64,000 nucleotides of DNA from Selaginella moellendorffii. Lineage: Eukaryota > Plantae > Lycopodiophyta. Where the stretch lies: NCBI RefSeq assembly GCF_000143415.4, contig NW_003314340.1:424684-488683 (forward strand), in the 5' to 3' direction. The translations under genes and the position numbers were made by a program. Below, one piece after another: positions 49,764 through 63,354 of the stretch. Within the stretch, counting starts at the first letter, position 1. Each line of letters begins with the position of its first letter. Below the pieces are notes generated by a model, which had not been told where the DNA came from, did no database searches, and was given only the letters and a program-made list of their open reading frames with translations.

Positions 49764-50768
49764 TTAGAGCTGGATTGGAACTCTGGATGATCCAGAAGAA
49801 TCACCCCCCAGCACGTCCCAGGTGAGATCGGCGAGCATTGGCGTGCTCTTGTGCAGGCTCTCGTCAATCTCCGCCCAGTGATCACCGTCCATCACGCCTT
49901 TGCCGCTGCTAGATCCATTCTGGGCGCTGGAAACCCCGATCGATCCTCCTCCCGGCCCTGGCTCCGATTTTGCGCGACACATATGCTCCATTTCCTCGAT
50001 TTCTCGCGGCTGATACTGCTGCCGCCGCTGCTTGAAACACACTCTGTTGGACAGCGCCTCGATCTTGGCATCGAGCATAGATGGACTTCGCAAGAAATCT
50101 CTAGAAATCGGGATAGACATGCTCGGCATCGAAGGCGAGGAGGAGGATGAAGAGGACGAGGAGGAGGAGAATTGGGATCGCAAGTGGTGGATCAAGTGGG
50201 GGAAATTGAGGCGCGCGTACTCACCTCGGAGCTTGTAGGCTGCTTGATCGTAGGCAAACGCGGCCTCCTCGGCGGTCTCGAAAGTTCCCAGCCATAGCCT
50301 GGTCCGATTCCTGGGCAGCCGGATCTCCGCTACCCATTTGCCCCAGTGCCGCTGCCTCACCCCGCGGAAGAGCTTGGTGCCAACAACGGGCGATGATCGA
50401 TTGCTCGTGCTCTCGAGCAAATTCTTGTCCAGTGCTGCGATCTCGATGGAGCCGGTGCTGGAATTCAGGATGATCTGCTGCTGATTCTCGCGATTGTGGC
50501 CTGGATTCGCAATGCTGCTCGTGAGATCGATGCTCCCCTGCTGGAAAGAGGTGTGGAGTGCCGCATTGATGAGAGGGATTTGGCCACCCAGAGAGAGGAT
50601 CTGTGGGTAATTGGGCGTGGATTGGTGGTGATGGCGATCTCCCAACAACCATGCTGGGGATTGAGCTAGGGGTATTTGTTGATCGCCATCGCGTATAGAA
50701 CTTGAGCTTGCCGCAGCTAGATCCATCAAAGCACTTATTGCATTGTCACTTCGAGGGCGATCCACCAT
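49764..50768 (-). CDS. AP2/ERF transcription factor, DREB A-6 (RAP2.4-like)
   Basis: [66 protein letters not shown] and LTWDVL; first ATG at 50768. Confidence 0.93.
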   Translation of the reverse strand: MVDRPRSDNAISALMDLAAASSSSIRDGDQQIPLAQSPAWLLGDRHHHQSTPNYPQILSLGGQIPLINAALHTSFQQGSIDLTSSIANPGHNRENQQQIILNSSTGSIEIAALDKNLLESTSNRSSPVVGTKLFRGVRQRHWGKWVAEIRLPRNRTRLWLGTFETAEEAAFAYDQAAYKLRGEYARLNFPHLIHHLRSQFSSSSSSSSSSSPSMPSMSIPISRDFLRSPSMLDAKIEALSNRVCFKQRRQQYQPREIEEMEHMCRAKSEPGPGGGSIGVSSAQNGSSSGKGVMDGDHWAEIDESLHKSTPMLADLTWDVLGGDSSGSSRVPIQL

Positions 50769-53734
50769 CTTGTCACTAGATTTTGGCAACGATCGAATCA
50801 AGCGTTTTGCTCGATCGCTGGGCCAGGAATCTCCATCCACTGGGGCAGAGAAAGAGGATAGGAGCCAGCAGTCCCGGCTTCCAAGAAAAGGGACGAGTTT
50901 TTAAAATGGAATGTAGAGGAGAGGATGAGCAATGTGTGTGGAGAAAAAAAAAGAGAGAGAAAGGGGAAGAACACCTAAAGCCAAGGCCGAGGAATCAAAC
51001 AAAGCAGCTATATTAGATTCGGCTGCGCTGTGAATTGTGATCTGGCTGATTTGTTTTTGCCGGGGTTATAACTGTTGCTCGCGCGTGCTCAAAGAATTTT
51101 GCGGCAAAGCGTTCTTGAAAATGGTTTCTTCGCTCATTGATTTAGACCTTGGAGAAATCGAGACGAAACGCTAGCCCTAAAGTCTTTCTTTTAAAAACCC
51201 TGACCGGCGGTTAATGTCGTTAAATACTGACGTGGAATTTAAGCGAACGTGGCCAGCATCCATTCGCGGGGCTGCCTCGTGAGTCATCCCTTATATTGGC
51301 CACCTAACCCAGTAAAAGGGGAAAAGTGGGGGACCATGTCATAGCATCTGTCAGGACGCGTGTGCGTTGCGCTTTTTCTCGTGCACGGACAGCTGTCAGC
51401 TCTGCCCTGGCCAGTTAGGTTTCTTGTGTGACAATGTAGCACATTACTATGATGGGTGAAACCATATAAAATATTTCTCCCATGCGTCAAACAATGTCCC
51501 GGCGTTTGATTAGAGTATGGTATGATGTCATGGGTTTGTGTATTTTTAGTGGAATGGCCCAGCAAACAAGCATGATCGCTTTCATGTGACTACCATCCTT
51601 GTGGCGATAGACGTGTCTTTGCTTTAGCGTCTTATTGTGCCCACCACCACAAAGGAAAAGAAATGGAGAAAAGCTAGAAGATTGAGGCGACGATAGATCA
51701 CTCCAATCAATACTTTGGGCCTTGTTTTCTCAATCCTCTCCTCCTTGGCTTGATTCCACTTTGGTGAGAGTTCCAAAACTTCCTCTTGGATCGTCTTTGG
51801 GAGTATGCAGAAGTATGAAAGACTTGTAAACTAGAGACAAACACACATGCTTAAAGCGAAGGCTAAGAGTTATCAAAATCATAGTTTTGGTCAGCACAAC
51901 GCATGGTCCACCAAGTTATAGAAGCACTCACTTGGTCCCCACACTTACACTTTCGCGGGAAAACGCTGGAACTTGGAACTTGGAGTGGCAATCAAGGCAC
52001 AGATATAGCTCGAGCATCCATAGCTATAGCTAGATCCTTTATATCCTGGTGGAGTTTTCTTAGGATAAGAAAAGATACTGTGATGGATAGCGATGCAGCA
52101 AGCTTGTTCAATGATCTTCCATCACGAGGCAACTGTTTGGAGATGGGCCTCTGTTTCACGTCATCGTCCGAGGAAGAAAAAACTATTTCGTTAGAGACAG
52201 CCTTTGGCAACAGGCATTTACGCTTCTGTGGAAAAGAATGGTCGAAGTGTTTGAAGTGCTCACGCCCACCGTATTGTCTCAAGATCCGTTTGTGAATCAA
52301 TCCTCCTCCTAAGTCACAAAGGTGTTAGGAAAACTTCCAACTGTTTGCAGCCTTGAGGAAGGCGATTGATCACGCTTTTCGGCAGTACCAGGTAAGAAAT
52401 GTAAAGCTCACGGAGAATGCGATGTGAAGGAGTGAATGTTGCCTTTGAGAAAACCACGCATGCCTTTTTGACCACCTACAAACACAAGGCGAAGCCATCC
52501 TTGGATCAACTTGACGTAGAAGGAAAAGTGTAGCAATTTCATCACACGTTCCAGGACTACAAAAGGACCCTGCGCCGTCGATGAAATTTCCCACTTGGGT
52601 AGTTTGTAGCACTGTCACAGAGCTTGTCCACGCTTCCGAATACTAGATGCTCGTCATGCATACTTATGCAAAAATACCATGTTTTGCACAGCTCGCGATG
52701 TAATTCCTCCATCAGGTGTGTGAGATCTCTCTGTTTTATCTGTCCAATGCGGGCGATTATTTCATTGAAAGAGTGATAAATCGTTGATGAAAGTGCAACA
52801 GAAGAGTTTTACATGTATATATACAAGCAGATAGCCATAAAATATTTGTGAGGTATATGATATATGGTATACATGTAAATACCTGACAAATATTTGAATT
52901 TAGAATATTTCTTGAAAGTATGGCAATAAAAATTATTCGTCAAATCATTAAAAATTCTTATAATAACCAAACTTTATAGTTATTAAATTTACAAGAATAT
53001 AGTGATAATAAATTTTTATTTATAATATTATTTTTCATAAGTATAAGAAATAATCTAAACATTTAAACATATATTTTTATCATTCACTCCTTAGTTTCCA
53101 ATGATAGAATGAACAATTAAAATTCAAAAACTTTTAGCTATATTATAAGGCTTATTTTCTGAAAAAAACAAATGAAATGTTATTCATGCCTACTTCTACA
53201 TAATAATATTAAATAAAACTGATCCAGTCTAATAAAATAGCTTGTTATTATATATACATTATATTATACAAAACGTTATATTTTACATAAATGTTTCAAG
53301 ATATTGAAAAAATAGTTTAATAACAATCATATGTTAAATTTCATCACTTGCTTGTATAAAAATATTTTTAAAATATAATCAAATAATTGAGATTAAACTA
53401 GGTATATATTTTATTTGATTGCAATACACTTATTACTCTTAAATTAATTATCAAACTGTAATATACTATATCTAGAGTACATATATATATCTGATTATTC
53501 AAATATTTTTAGCATTTTAATATTTTGATATTATGAGTGCATGATGGAATATAGAAATATACATATCAATTAACCCAAAAACCATAACTTGTATATAGGA
53601 GCAAATGCTCTAGATTGAAACCAATTCGATAGCTATCAAAACTCTAATACACTAATCTTAGTGTATAGCTGTTAATATTAGTATACGGCATTATAGCTGT
53701 ACACTCATGCTCTCCTCTCATAAAAATGAAAGTT

Positions 53735-54345
53735 AATCAAGATCCTTTGGTTGACGGGCCAAGATTTAGAGGAACATTAAGAGGAAGCATTAATGAATTT
53801 TTAGGTGGTACCAATTGTTCAAAATCCCTTTGTACAAAGTGTTTCAGCTATTGCATATACAATTGGGGAATTAATCTATTGAACATTATGTTAAACCTCA
53901 TAAACTTATAGTTTAACTTGTCACAACACTTAATATAGTCCTTTTCACTGAGAAAGGAGCCCTTTAAACAAATCATATATTGTAAGATTGGGGAAATAGA
54001 CTAAACTTAAGTTATCCACTTTATACTCTATAGGTGGATGGTGATAGACATTATAGCATTGCTGTTGTCCCATTTGTATATGGCCCAAGTGTTCAATAAA
54101 ATCCATTCAGGAAGAATGCTCATTAAATTCCAGGATCTAGCATCGATAGCTCATGACAATCATGAAAGTAAGCTCAACTCTATTGGCAATATTAAATCAT
54201 GACTATATAAAAGTTTATATAATGAAGCACTAATAGAACTTTGTACCCCTATGACATACACATATTGAAAAAATAGCAAATAACCATTCCAATCCAAATG
54301 CTGAAAGTTTATATATTTTGCGATCATCCCTTTGAAAGTCTAGAT
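53735..54345 (-). mobile_element. Ty3/gypsy integrase 3' fragment in inverted orientation
   Basis: Its reverse complement aligns with about 57250-57890 (for example ttcaaagggatgat..aaata..taaacttt and caaagggatt..gaacaatt..caccac). Confidence 0.8.
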
Positions 54346-54919
54346 AAATTGTTTTTGTCGTGAATGTGATTGCAAGTATCGAAAGTTACTTATTGGATAA
54401 TCTTTTTAGATATTCTTTCCTTACTGCCATGACGGCAGGAAGTCAGTATTACTAGACCCTTTTTCAATTTCCCCTTAAACTAGTTGAATAACTAATCATC
54501 ATGTATGCATTTATGTTAGATAAACATAAGGTAAAAACTCCTATATATTTCTTGCTAAGCATATTCGGCCGGTATAAGAAACATATATGTTGGTTTACAC
54601 TTGCTAGTGTTGGAACCTTGTAATATTGAGTCTAGTCTCTCAATATCATTACGTGATAGTTTATTGTGTTTACCAAACACCCTCGCATCATGCTATTTGC
54701 ATTAGTCTCATTTTGGTCCCAAATACTATTTATGGAAAGTATTTAAATTTGTTCATTTGGCGTATTTATAGAATGTAAAGATTGTTTTAAACACAGTGGT
54801 GTTCGTACTATGTCCAAATTCACAATCTAAGAACATTCCATATTTAGTAGGTTTCAAGTTTGTCCCAGACCCTCGTTTTGTAGAGCAATAGGCTTGGAGT
54901 TTAGCTCCAAATTTAGGTG

Positions 54920-57890
54920 TGTTACATTTGGTATTAGAGGAATTGTCTCAACGATTCCTATCCAACTTTTGTCAGATTTTCTAACTCAAGTTGCATATGC
55001 AGAGACTTTTTTAGTAGATCCAAAGCAACTTGTGTAGGATTAATTGGATTGCACCATTCAGTAAGAATGTTGTAAGCATGTTTAATTACTAATAGAGGCA
55101 TGCATGTAGTTACTAAGATGGTGAAAAGGAATTGTGTTGATGATGCTAAAACCTCTAGAGGGGCGAATCAAAAGGAGGAAACTCCTGTTAGAGATGCTGC
55201 AAAAGAGGTTGAGGCTAAGTCAGAAGAGGAACAGTCAGATGTTGCAACACTACAGCATACGGCTCAAGAAGTTGAGATCAAGAATTTGCGAAGGGAAGTT
55301 CGCAAATTGAAGAAAGAGAACAAAAAACGGAAGAAAGAAGCTGAGGCAGCTAAACTAGCAAAACCTAAGCAATTGAACTCCTCTTCAAGTTTGAAGACGA
55401 TATAGTTCTACAACTGGCCCTAGTTGCATGAGTTTCAAAGTTCAAGCCTCCGAAACCACCCAATTTCAGAAGCATGCAAGACTATAAAGTTTTGGAAGAT
55501 TAGGTCTATGATATGGAAAACTATTTCATAGCAATATAAATGATCTTACGAAAGTTGCATGTGTGCATCCTTTCTTACTGATCATATGAAAACTTGGTGG
55601 TGCCAGGTGTGTGCTGAAAAAGGGTAGACTAGAAGTTAGACCAAGATGCAGTCTTGTATCCATAAGGAATACTTACCAGATGATCTTGTTTGAGACTTCT
55701 TGGAGAGTTGCGGCGGTTAAAGTAGCGAGGGGACCTTATGCATTATGTTAATGCGTTTGCTTAGAAGCGCATTATGATTGCAAATATGAGTGATAAAGAT
55801 GCTCAAAGTTATTTCCTAGAAGGTTTGAGTTCACTTTCTCGTAATGAAATTTTGAAGTTTAAGCCGAAAACGTACCTAGAGTGTAAGAAGGTAGCACAAC
55901 AAATTGTCTTTAGTCACTCACCTATAGAACAATATCAGCAGCCGTATGCTAGTACCTTGGACAAGAATAAGAATTCTAGGAATAAACAAGGTGATCAAAA
56001 ACAGGGGGTGGAAGGAAGGTTCTGCCTTGGAGGCTCACAAACAATGGTTATCAAAAGTGGTGGTGGTTGTCGACCACCAACAGCTTCTTCTAGTCCTAAG
56101 CTTTTTATTCCTTCTTCTGGTGGGTATAAGCAATAGCAACTTATAAAATCTGCTCCTAGTGGAATGGGTATTGTGGGTCATTGCTTCCATTGTGGAGAGT
56201 CAAGACATAGGTCCTTAGAATGTCCTAACAAGCATAAGACAAGGTTTCATATTAATGTCATAAGGGAAGACAGTGGTAGTGAAGCTGAAAGGGTTGACGA
56301 GTTGGTCAATGCAAACTATGAGGAAGAGGAGGTAAGTTACTTTCGTTGCTTTCCTCAAGTTTTTCTCACAGTCAATGCAAATTTGTTGATGTATTTGGTA
56401 GGTTTTGTCTGCGGACACTGAATCTGAGTGATGATTGATATGGGAGCTATACACAATGTGATATCTGAAGTCTTAGTTAAGTTGTTAGGATTGAATGCTG
56501 AGCAAATGTTGCCTATACAATTCTGGTTTGCAGAAGGTGGGCAAGTAGCTAGAAAATTTATGAGTGACGTTCTAATAAAAATATCCAAATGGAAAGAAAG
56601 AGTGGAAACAAATATATTAAAGGGATTCACTTACTAATGATTTACCATTTTGGCATTTAATATTGCTTTGACAGTTTTCTTTATTTTGTGGGGATGGATC
56701 TTAATGATTATTTATGGTTGTTGATGCCTTTGATATTTATTTTATAGTTTCTCCACACCTACCATGATTCTCCCATTCTAGACGGGTATATAGAACATCA
56801 TTGTGTGACCAAAAAGTTGTGTAGGTCTTTCTATTGGCCGGAAATGTGACATGATATTATTTTGTATATGCATAGCTGTGTTTGGTGTTAAATTTGTAAT
56901 ACTCCCCCTCATATTGCGGAAGGACGATTAGAGTTAATTGTAATTTCTAATCCATTTGAGTTGGTGGTGTTTGATATGGTGGGGCCTTTTCCATGATTGC
57001 TATTAGCAATAAGTATGTCATTATTTCTTTTAACTACTTGACTTGTTGGGTGGAATTCAATGCTCTTGCTAGCATGTTCGCAATTGCTATTAGATACTTC
57101 TTCCTCAATTTCAATATTCCTGTTTCAAGTGGATTATTTCAGATAATGATCTTACATTTATGGTTGAGGCATTTCACATTTTGATGTCTCAGTTGAGGAT
57201 ATACCACACTTTCACAAGTGTTTATCATCCGTAGTTAAACAGTTTGGTGGAACAGCTCATTTGAATTTTCAAAGGGATGATTGTTAAATATGTAAACTTT
57301 TAGTATTTGGATTAGGATAATTATTTGCCATATCTTTGGGATACATATATTAGAGAGGAGTAAAGTTTTGTTGGTGTTTCACTATATAAACTCTTATATA
57401 GTCATAATTCAATACTACCAACAAAATTGGGTTTATCTTCATGATTGCTACGAACTACTGATGCTAAATCATGGAATTAGTATTTGATGATCATTCTTCC
57501 ATTTGTCCGAATAGAGTCTACTAAACACCTAAGCTATGTACAAGTGGGACAACAACAATATTTTAACTCCCATCATCATCCACCTGTGGAGTACAAAATA
57601 GATGACTTAGTATTAGCTTATCTTCCAAATCTTACGATACATAGTTTATCTAAGGGGTTCCTTGCTCAATGAAAAAGATTGTATTACGTATTGTGGCAAG
57701 TTGGAATATAAATTTATAAGGTTTAATATGACATCCAATAAGCCAATCCTCTAGAAATTATGCATGTGCAATAGATAAGACACTTCATTCAAAGGGATTA
57801 GGAACAATTAGCACCACTTACAGATCCATTGATGCCTCACTTTAATGTTTCTTTAAATCCCGGCCCATCCACAAAAGAATCCTAATGGGA
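54920..57890 (+). mobile_element. Degenerate Ty3/gypsy LTR retrotransposon (gag-protease-integrase, RT/RNase H deleted)
   Basis: ..TTACA followed by PBS-like TGGTATTAGAG (54929); Zn knuckle CFHCGESRHRSLEC; protease IDMGAIHN; integrase remnants FYWPEM, PFELVVFDMVGP and YHP. No 3' LTR seen. Confidence 0.88.
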
Positions 57891-58654
57891 TATCCAAATG
57901 TACAATTACAATGCTGTATATTAATATTAGCATAATGGGATTTTGGTAGCTATTGGATTGGTTTCAATATGAACCACTTGCTCTTGTATATATATTTTAT
58001 TTTCATATTCCATGTCTATATTCCATGCATTCACAATATTTTATAATAAATATATATTTTTAATTTATTGATTTGGTGGATCTTCATTCATGTCATTCAT
58101 AAAGAAATCATTACAAAGAAAAAAAAGACCAAGATCTAGATGCTCTCTCATCTTAAACAATTACTTCTATCTAATTAAAAAATTTATGGTTTTTTAATTT
58201 CAGCTTAAATTATTTTTGTTACATATGACTAATATATATTTAAAAATATCTTCCTTATATAAATGAAATAATGCTTGTATTTCTAAATAGCATATAGATA
58301 GATAAAGGTCATCCACTAACTCCATGCTGGAATGCCACCAAATCACATTAGTACTGTGTGGTAGCAACCATTCTGGTTTTCTCCTTTTCATTTTGAGTGA
58401 GGAAGAGCAACAACTTAGCTCCGAGTTTTCCAGAGGGTTATTCAAAGTGATGCACGTTGAAACCTGCTTGCCAGTGGAGAGAACTTCGAGTGTCAAGAAA
58501 GAGGCTCTTCAGCTTAATGCCAACTTGCCGAGGTTTTCCTCCTGCAATCCCGAATAACACTCATCGCAGAAAAAAGAAAACAAAGAACGTACCAGCTCGA
58601 TTATCCAGCTTTTCATGCTCTGCTTTGACGGCAGCTACAATCGTGCTCGCTGCC

Positions 58655-60312
58655 TTACAGTAATAGGATGACCAGTAACACAACGACCAGTTCTCTGGGA
58701 TTACTTAGCACGGACGCTCCCAAAGATACCGCTGCTGCACAGAAACAAGTTAAATCCTCGAGAATATGTTTCTTGTGACGAACTTACACAAGCGGCAGGG
58801 AATGCTGACGAGCTTTCCAGCGAGGGGCTCAGAAGCGTTGAGAGCCGGATTCACCATCTGGATGTCCGAGATGATCGTCGAGCACTTGACAGCAATCGAT
58901 GGCAGCGTATCACCATCCACGGCCTTGTAGGCAACTCCACAGGGTCCACAGCCAACGTCCTCGTCGTGGCAAGGAATGCTAAGAACGTCTCCAAACGCTA
59001 CGTCGGCGAGCTTGATGTTGGTGGCTTCCTGGATACCTTTGACGCTCACGCCACAAACCCTCGCGACCGTGGCTAGATCGACTGCCACCAGAGGCGCTAC
59101 AGTAGATCCACAGATGGAGCAGCTTCTCAGTGGAGCGGGAGAGTCCTCGCAGGGGATTGCCAAGCTCTGACCCGGGTAGATCACTCCACTCTCCGGTATG
59201 CCGTTCGCATAGGAGATCAAGGCCGGTGTCACGTTGCACAGCTTGGCTACATCGAAAACGCTCGAGCTGTTCTTCACGACGATGGTGGTATCACAAAGGT
59301 GGCGGCTGCATTTGATCCCCAAGGTTGTCCGCTGCTTGCATGGGATCGTCAAACGCTGGCCGGGCTGGAGATCGTCCAAGTCAGTGGAAGGATTGCTGGC
59401 CTGGAGATCGATGAAGCCAACTCGGCATTTTGCTGCGACGTGTCTCCGGCTCTCGTGAAGAATAGTGTAGGAATTCCCGCAAGGCCCACAGCTCGCGGTG
59501 GAGTTGCAAGGAATTCGCAGCTTCTGGCCTTGAATCATGGTGGAGTTGGAGCTGAGATGGAGGCCTGGATTCGCCAACGAGAGCTCTTGGATCGAAGTTC
59601 CACAGTCCCTGGCAACTTGGTTGAGAGATTCTCCGTTCGTGGTGGCCGTGTACTCGATCCCACAGGCTCCACAGCCAGTGAGGGCGATGGTGGCGTTGTC
59701 TGCCTCGCAAGGGATGCGGATGAGCTGCCCAGGGTAGACGTTCTCGAAATCGATGTCCCGGTTTGCCATCTCCAGCTCCGCGAGATCCATCCCGCAAGAG
59801 TGGGCGATGTCAAAGAGGATGTCCTGTTCCTTGATCACGTAGGAAGCCCCACAGGTGCCACAGTGCGCCGGATCACTGTTGCGGCAAGGAATTCGTAGCG
59901 GCAGGCCCGTGAGATTCGCGGTGGAGTTGATGCCCGGATTGGCGTCGGCCGCGTCGCGTAGCGAGATCTTGCAATATGCCGCGACCGATTCCAGCGTCTC
60001 GCCAATGCTGGCGGTGTAGTTCGTGCCGCAAGCTCCACAGGTCGCATTGGCGATCAGCGGCGCCTCAACGATCGGCATCCCGGATGGATCAAGGAGACTG
60101 TCGAGACCATCGCGACCTAATATTTCGGGAGCTCTCGTCGTAGTGATCGCAAGAAGAGAAGAACGATCGATTAGCATACCTGATAAGAATGCGGCATGGC
60201 CAGAGCCGCTCCAGATGAAGAGCAGTAGTCCTAGCAGCAGCAATGACGAAGAACGCGCGTTTCTTGAATCATCGCCATGGAGAATCTGGAAGAACAGCGA
60301 AATATCGTCCAT
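58655..60312 (-). CDS. Secreted, probably GPI-anchored protein with seven tandem Cys-rich LysM domains (intron 58735-58787)
   Basis: Hydrophobic N-terminal signal; seven repeats of CxxC-xxY...IAxxC...ANP...GQxLxIPC; spliced last exon SAVSLGASVLSNPRELVVVLLVILLL*. Confidence 0.88.
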
Positions 60313-60408
60313 CGATCGCGGCTAGCTGGAGAAGAACCTGTGACGGCGAGAATGCGGCATCGGTGCTGTGGTAGCGCCGAGCCGATCGAGAGATCGCTCG
60401 GTCGCTCG

Positions 60409-60411
<3 letters not shown>

Positions 60412-60456
<45 letters not shown>
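60412..60456. repeat. (GA)n microsatellite
   Basis: About 22 perfect GA units upstream of the LysM gene. Confidence 0.98.
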
Positions 60457-60459
<3 letters not shown>

Positions 60460-60953
60460 TGGCAAAAACACAAGAACAAACAGTGATCGCGAGCAGTCGG
60501 ATGGACATTCGGGAAGGAACCAAAAGATTCGTTTTGTTCCGGAATGGGACAGCAGATAAGGCCATCGCCTGGAGATTCCTTCCCGGAATTTTAACGCTTT
60601 CTCGCTTCGTGCCACGAGAGAGGAACCACTTTAATTTATTAATGCTCTTTGTTTGGTGAATCTGTTTGGCTAGGTAATGGCGGCTCAAGATGTGTGGAGT
60701 CGCCGATTTCCAGGGGACTAGGAGGAGCTCCATCTTCTTCTCCTCCTCCTCTTCCTCCTCTTCCTCCTCGCGATCGCGATGCTTCTTGGCGGCCATCCGA
60801 GGCGCCGCGGATAGATCGATCGATCGATCGATCGCGCGCCTCCAAGCTGTTCTTATTGGGAATTTCGCGCAGATGAGAGCGCTGGAGCTAGATTCAAGCT
60901 AGAAGCTGCCGCGGCAGCAGCTATTAGGGTAAGGATCCCCCTATGAGGCAAGC

Positions 60954-63091
60954 ATGGGAATTTCTTTCGGCTGTTCTGCCTCGGGGGAGAGGTTAGTCTC
61001 CGCGGCTCGCGATGGCGACCTCGAGGAAGCGCAAGCACTGCTCCAATGCAATCCCCGGCTTGCGAAGTACTCCACTTTTGGTGCCAGGAACTCGCCGCTA
61101 CACTTTGCGGCAATGCAGGGTCACAATGAGGTTCGTTTCTTTCGCCAATTTATATTCTCATGTTGGGTCGGGATTTTGCTCCTTTTCTCTCGATTTAGAT
61201 CGTAACTTTGCTGCTGGAGCATGGTGTTGATGTCGATACCAGGAAATATTGCGGCCAGGTAGATTTTTTCCTTTGTTTTTTCTTGTATCTAATCTTCATT
61301 CCTTTCGATCTTTGTGGTTTTTGATGAATGGAGTAGACCGCATTGATGCAATCATGTCGGCATGGTCACTGGGAGGTTGTCCAGACATTGATTCTCTACA
61401 ATGCAAACGTAAGTGTTACTTTGCTTCCTCCACTGAATTAAATGGCGTGATTCTTCTCTCGATCTTGCTTGCCAGGTTAACAAAGGGGACTACCTTAACG
61501 GGTTGACGGCACTCCATTTTGCCGCACTCAATGGCCATGCACGATGCTTGAGGCTTTTGGTCGCGGACTACGTCCCAAGTGCTCCAAGCTTTTGGGGTCC
61601 ACGAAGAAATCTGTCCGTGCCAGACCAGGGCCCTGATTGTGTAAGCGAAGAGACGACGTCTTTGAGAAGGTACTGCCTAAAGTTTCTCTTTTTTTTTTTG
61701 CCTCGTACTGCTTTAAAACGAATCTCTTGGGTGTGTTGCTAGTTCTCTTTACAAGCTTATCAACAAGACTGCTGACGGAGGAGTAACAGGTCTTCATATG
61801 GCTTCCTTGAAGGGGCACGCAGAGTGTGTGCATCTGTTACTGGACTTGGGAGCCGACGTCTCGGCACTTACGTTTCAGTATGATACGACCGTCGACATGA
61901 TAGGTGAGTCTTTCCTCATTAAAATTTGAGTGTTTAAACTCTTTTGCTTCTCTCAGGTGCGGGAAGCAGTCCTTTGCACTATGCAGCTTGTGGAGGGAGC
62001 ATACAATGTTGTCAGGTTTGCTATAGCGTGTTTATGTAGCTCACGCGACTTTTGTTTCTGGCAGATGTTGTTAGCGAGAGGTGCTAACCATCTGGCAATA
62101 AATTGCAACGGGTACTCAAAGATAAGTTGGATTTGGATAGACGAATACTGATACAGCTTCCGCAGGTGGATTCCACAACAGGTTGCTCAGGTCTGGGGCC
62201 GGCATTGGCTAGATGGATTGCTTGCACCGCGCTCGCAATGTCCCGTGCAGCCACTTGGATTGTCCCCGTTCCTGACTTCGCCTCTAATGAGCATCATACA
62301 GATTGCAAGGTAAGAAGGTTTCAAACCTCGTTTCCACCTGACAAGTGTCTCTCCAGAGAATGCGGCTTGGGTGACATGAGCATTCTAGCGTCTGGAATGG
62401 ACTCCTGTGCCGTGTGTCTAGAGAAAATTTGCACAGTTGCTGCAGAAGGTCGGTTGGGTGATTTTACTGAGCAGCCTGACGTATCTTCCCATTTCTTACA
62501 GGATGTGGACACGAACTTTGTACAAGATGTGCTCTCTATCTCTGCTCGAACGGCACGAGCATGTCCGATCCAGCGGGAGCTGTTCCGTGTCCGCTATGCC
62601 GGCAAGGCATCGTCTCCTTCAGAAAGCTCCCTTCGGCTTCGCCTATCAAAGACCTGACGAGATCGTCGGCACTGGGCCTCTGTACAACGTGCACGGTGGA
62701 CGAGCCTGAAGCGCTATTTCCATCGGAGTTCTCCTGCAGGGCGGACAAGAGAAGCAGAGTTTTGCCGCTCTCCCCAGTCGGGAGGAGCGTTACGTGCACG
62801 GGATTCTCGACTATGAACCTCCCTTGCGGTAAATATGATCCAGCTCTTGCTACTCCAGACCAGGCGGAGGCTCAAGAAACCCGAGATCACCATCCGGAGT
62901 GGTCACTAGAGGGAGGATCTCACGAAGAAGCTCAAATTCCAGCTTCAGCTCCAGCGCCAGATCGAGCTACAACTCCTCGCTCCTTGTCCGAGTCGGCTCT
63001 GCGATCGAAATCGCCCAAGAGAGGCTGGCTCCAGGATTTTGTAGCGTGGAAGCAAAAGCACAATTGCTCCTCCAAGCCCACCTCGAGCTAG
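60954..63091 (+). CDS. Ankyrin-repeat RING-HC E3 ligase, XBAT32/33-like
   Basis: [22 protein letters not shown], ankyrin repeats and [30 protein letters not shown]. Confidence 0.93.
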
Positions 63092-63354
63092 CGCCAAAAA
63101 TTCAAATTTGAATGGAATATTTCTAGGGTTAAGGTTTGGAGTGACTATAATGAACGCGTAAACGTGTTGGCTAAACACCAAACATTCGTAAGTATATCAT
63201 TCACTCTGTTTACATATCTATTCGAGCAAAACACAGAGCTTGCAATCACCAGTCTCCACGGGTGTGGTGCTCAGCTGTCAACGAAGTGATTGGGTTTGCC
63301 AAGTCTGCCATTCATTGCCAGGACAAGTGCAAGATTCATTGATCCAAGCATCAG

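Noticed and set aside
51020-52760. Short ORFs upstream of the DREB gene
   Set aside because: No recognisable motifs; treated as regulatory or intergenic DNA.
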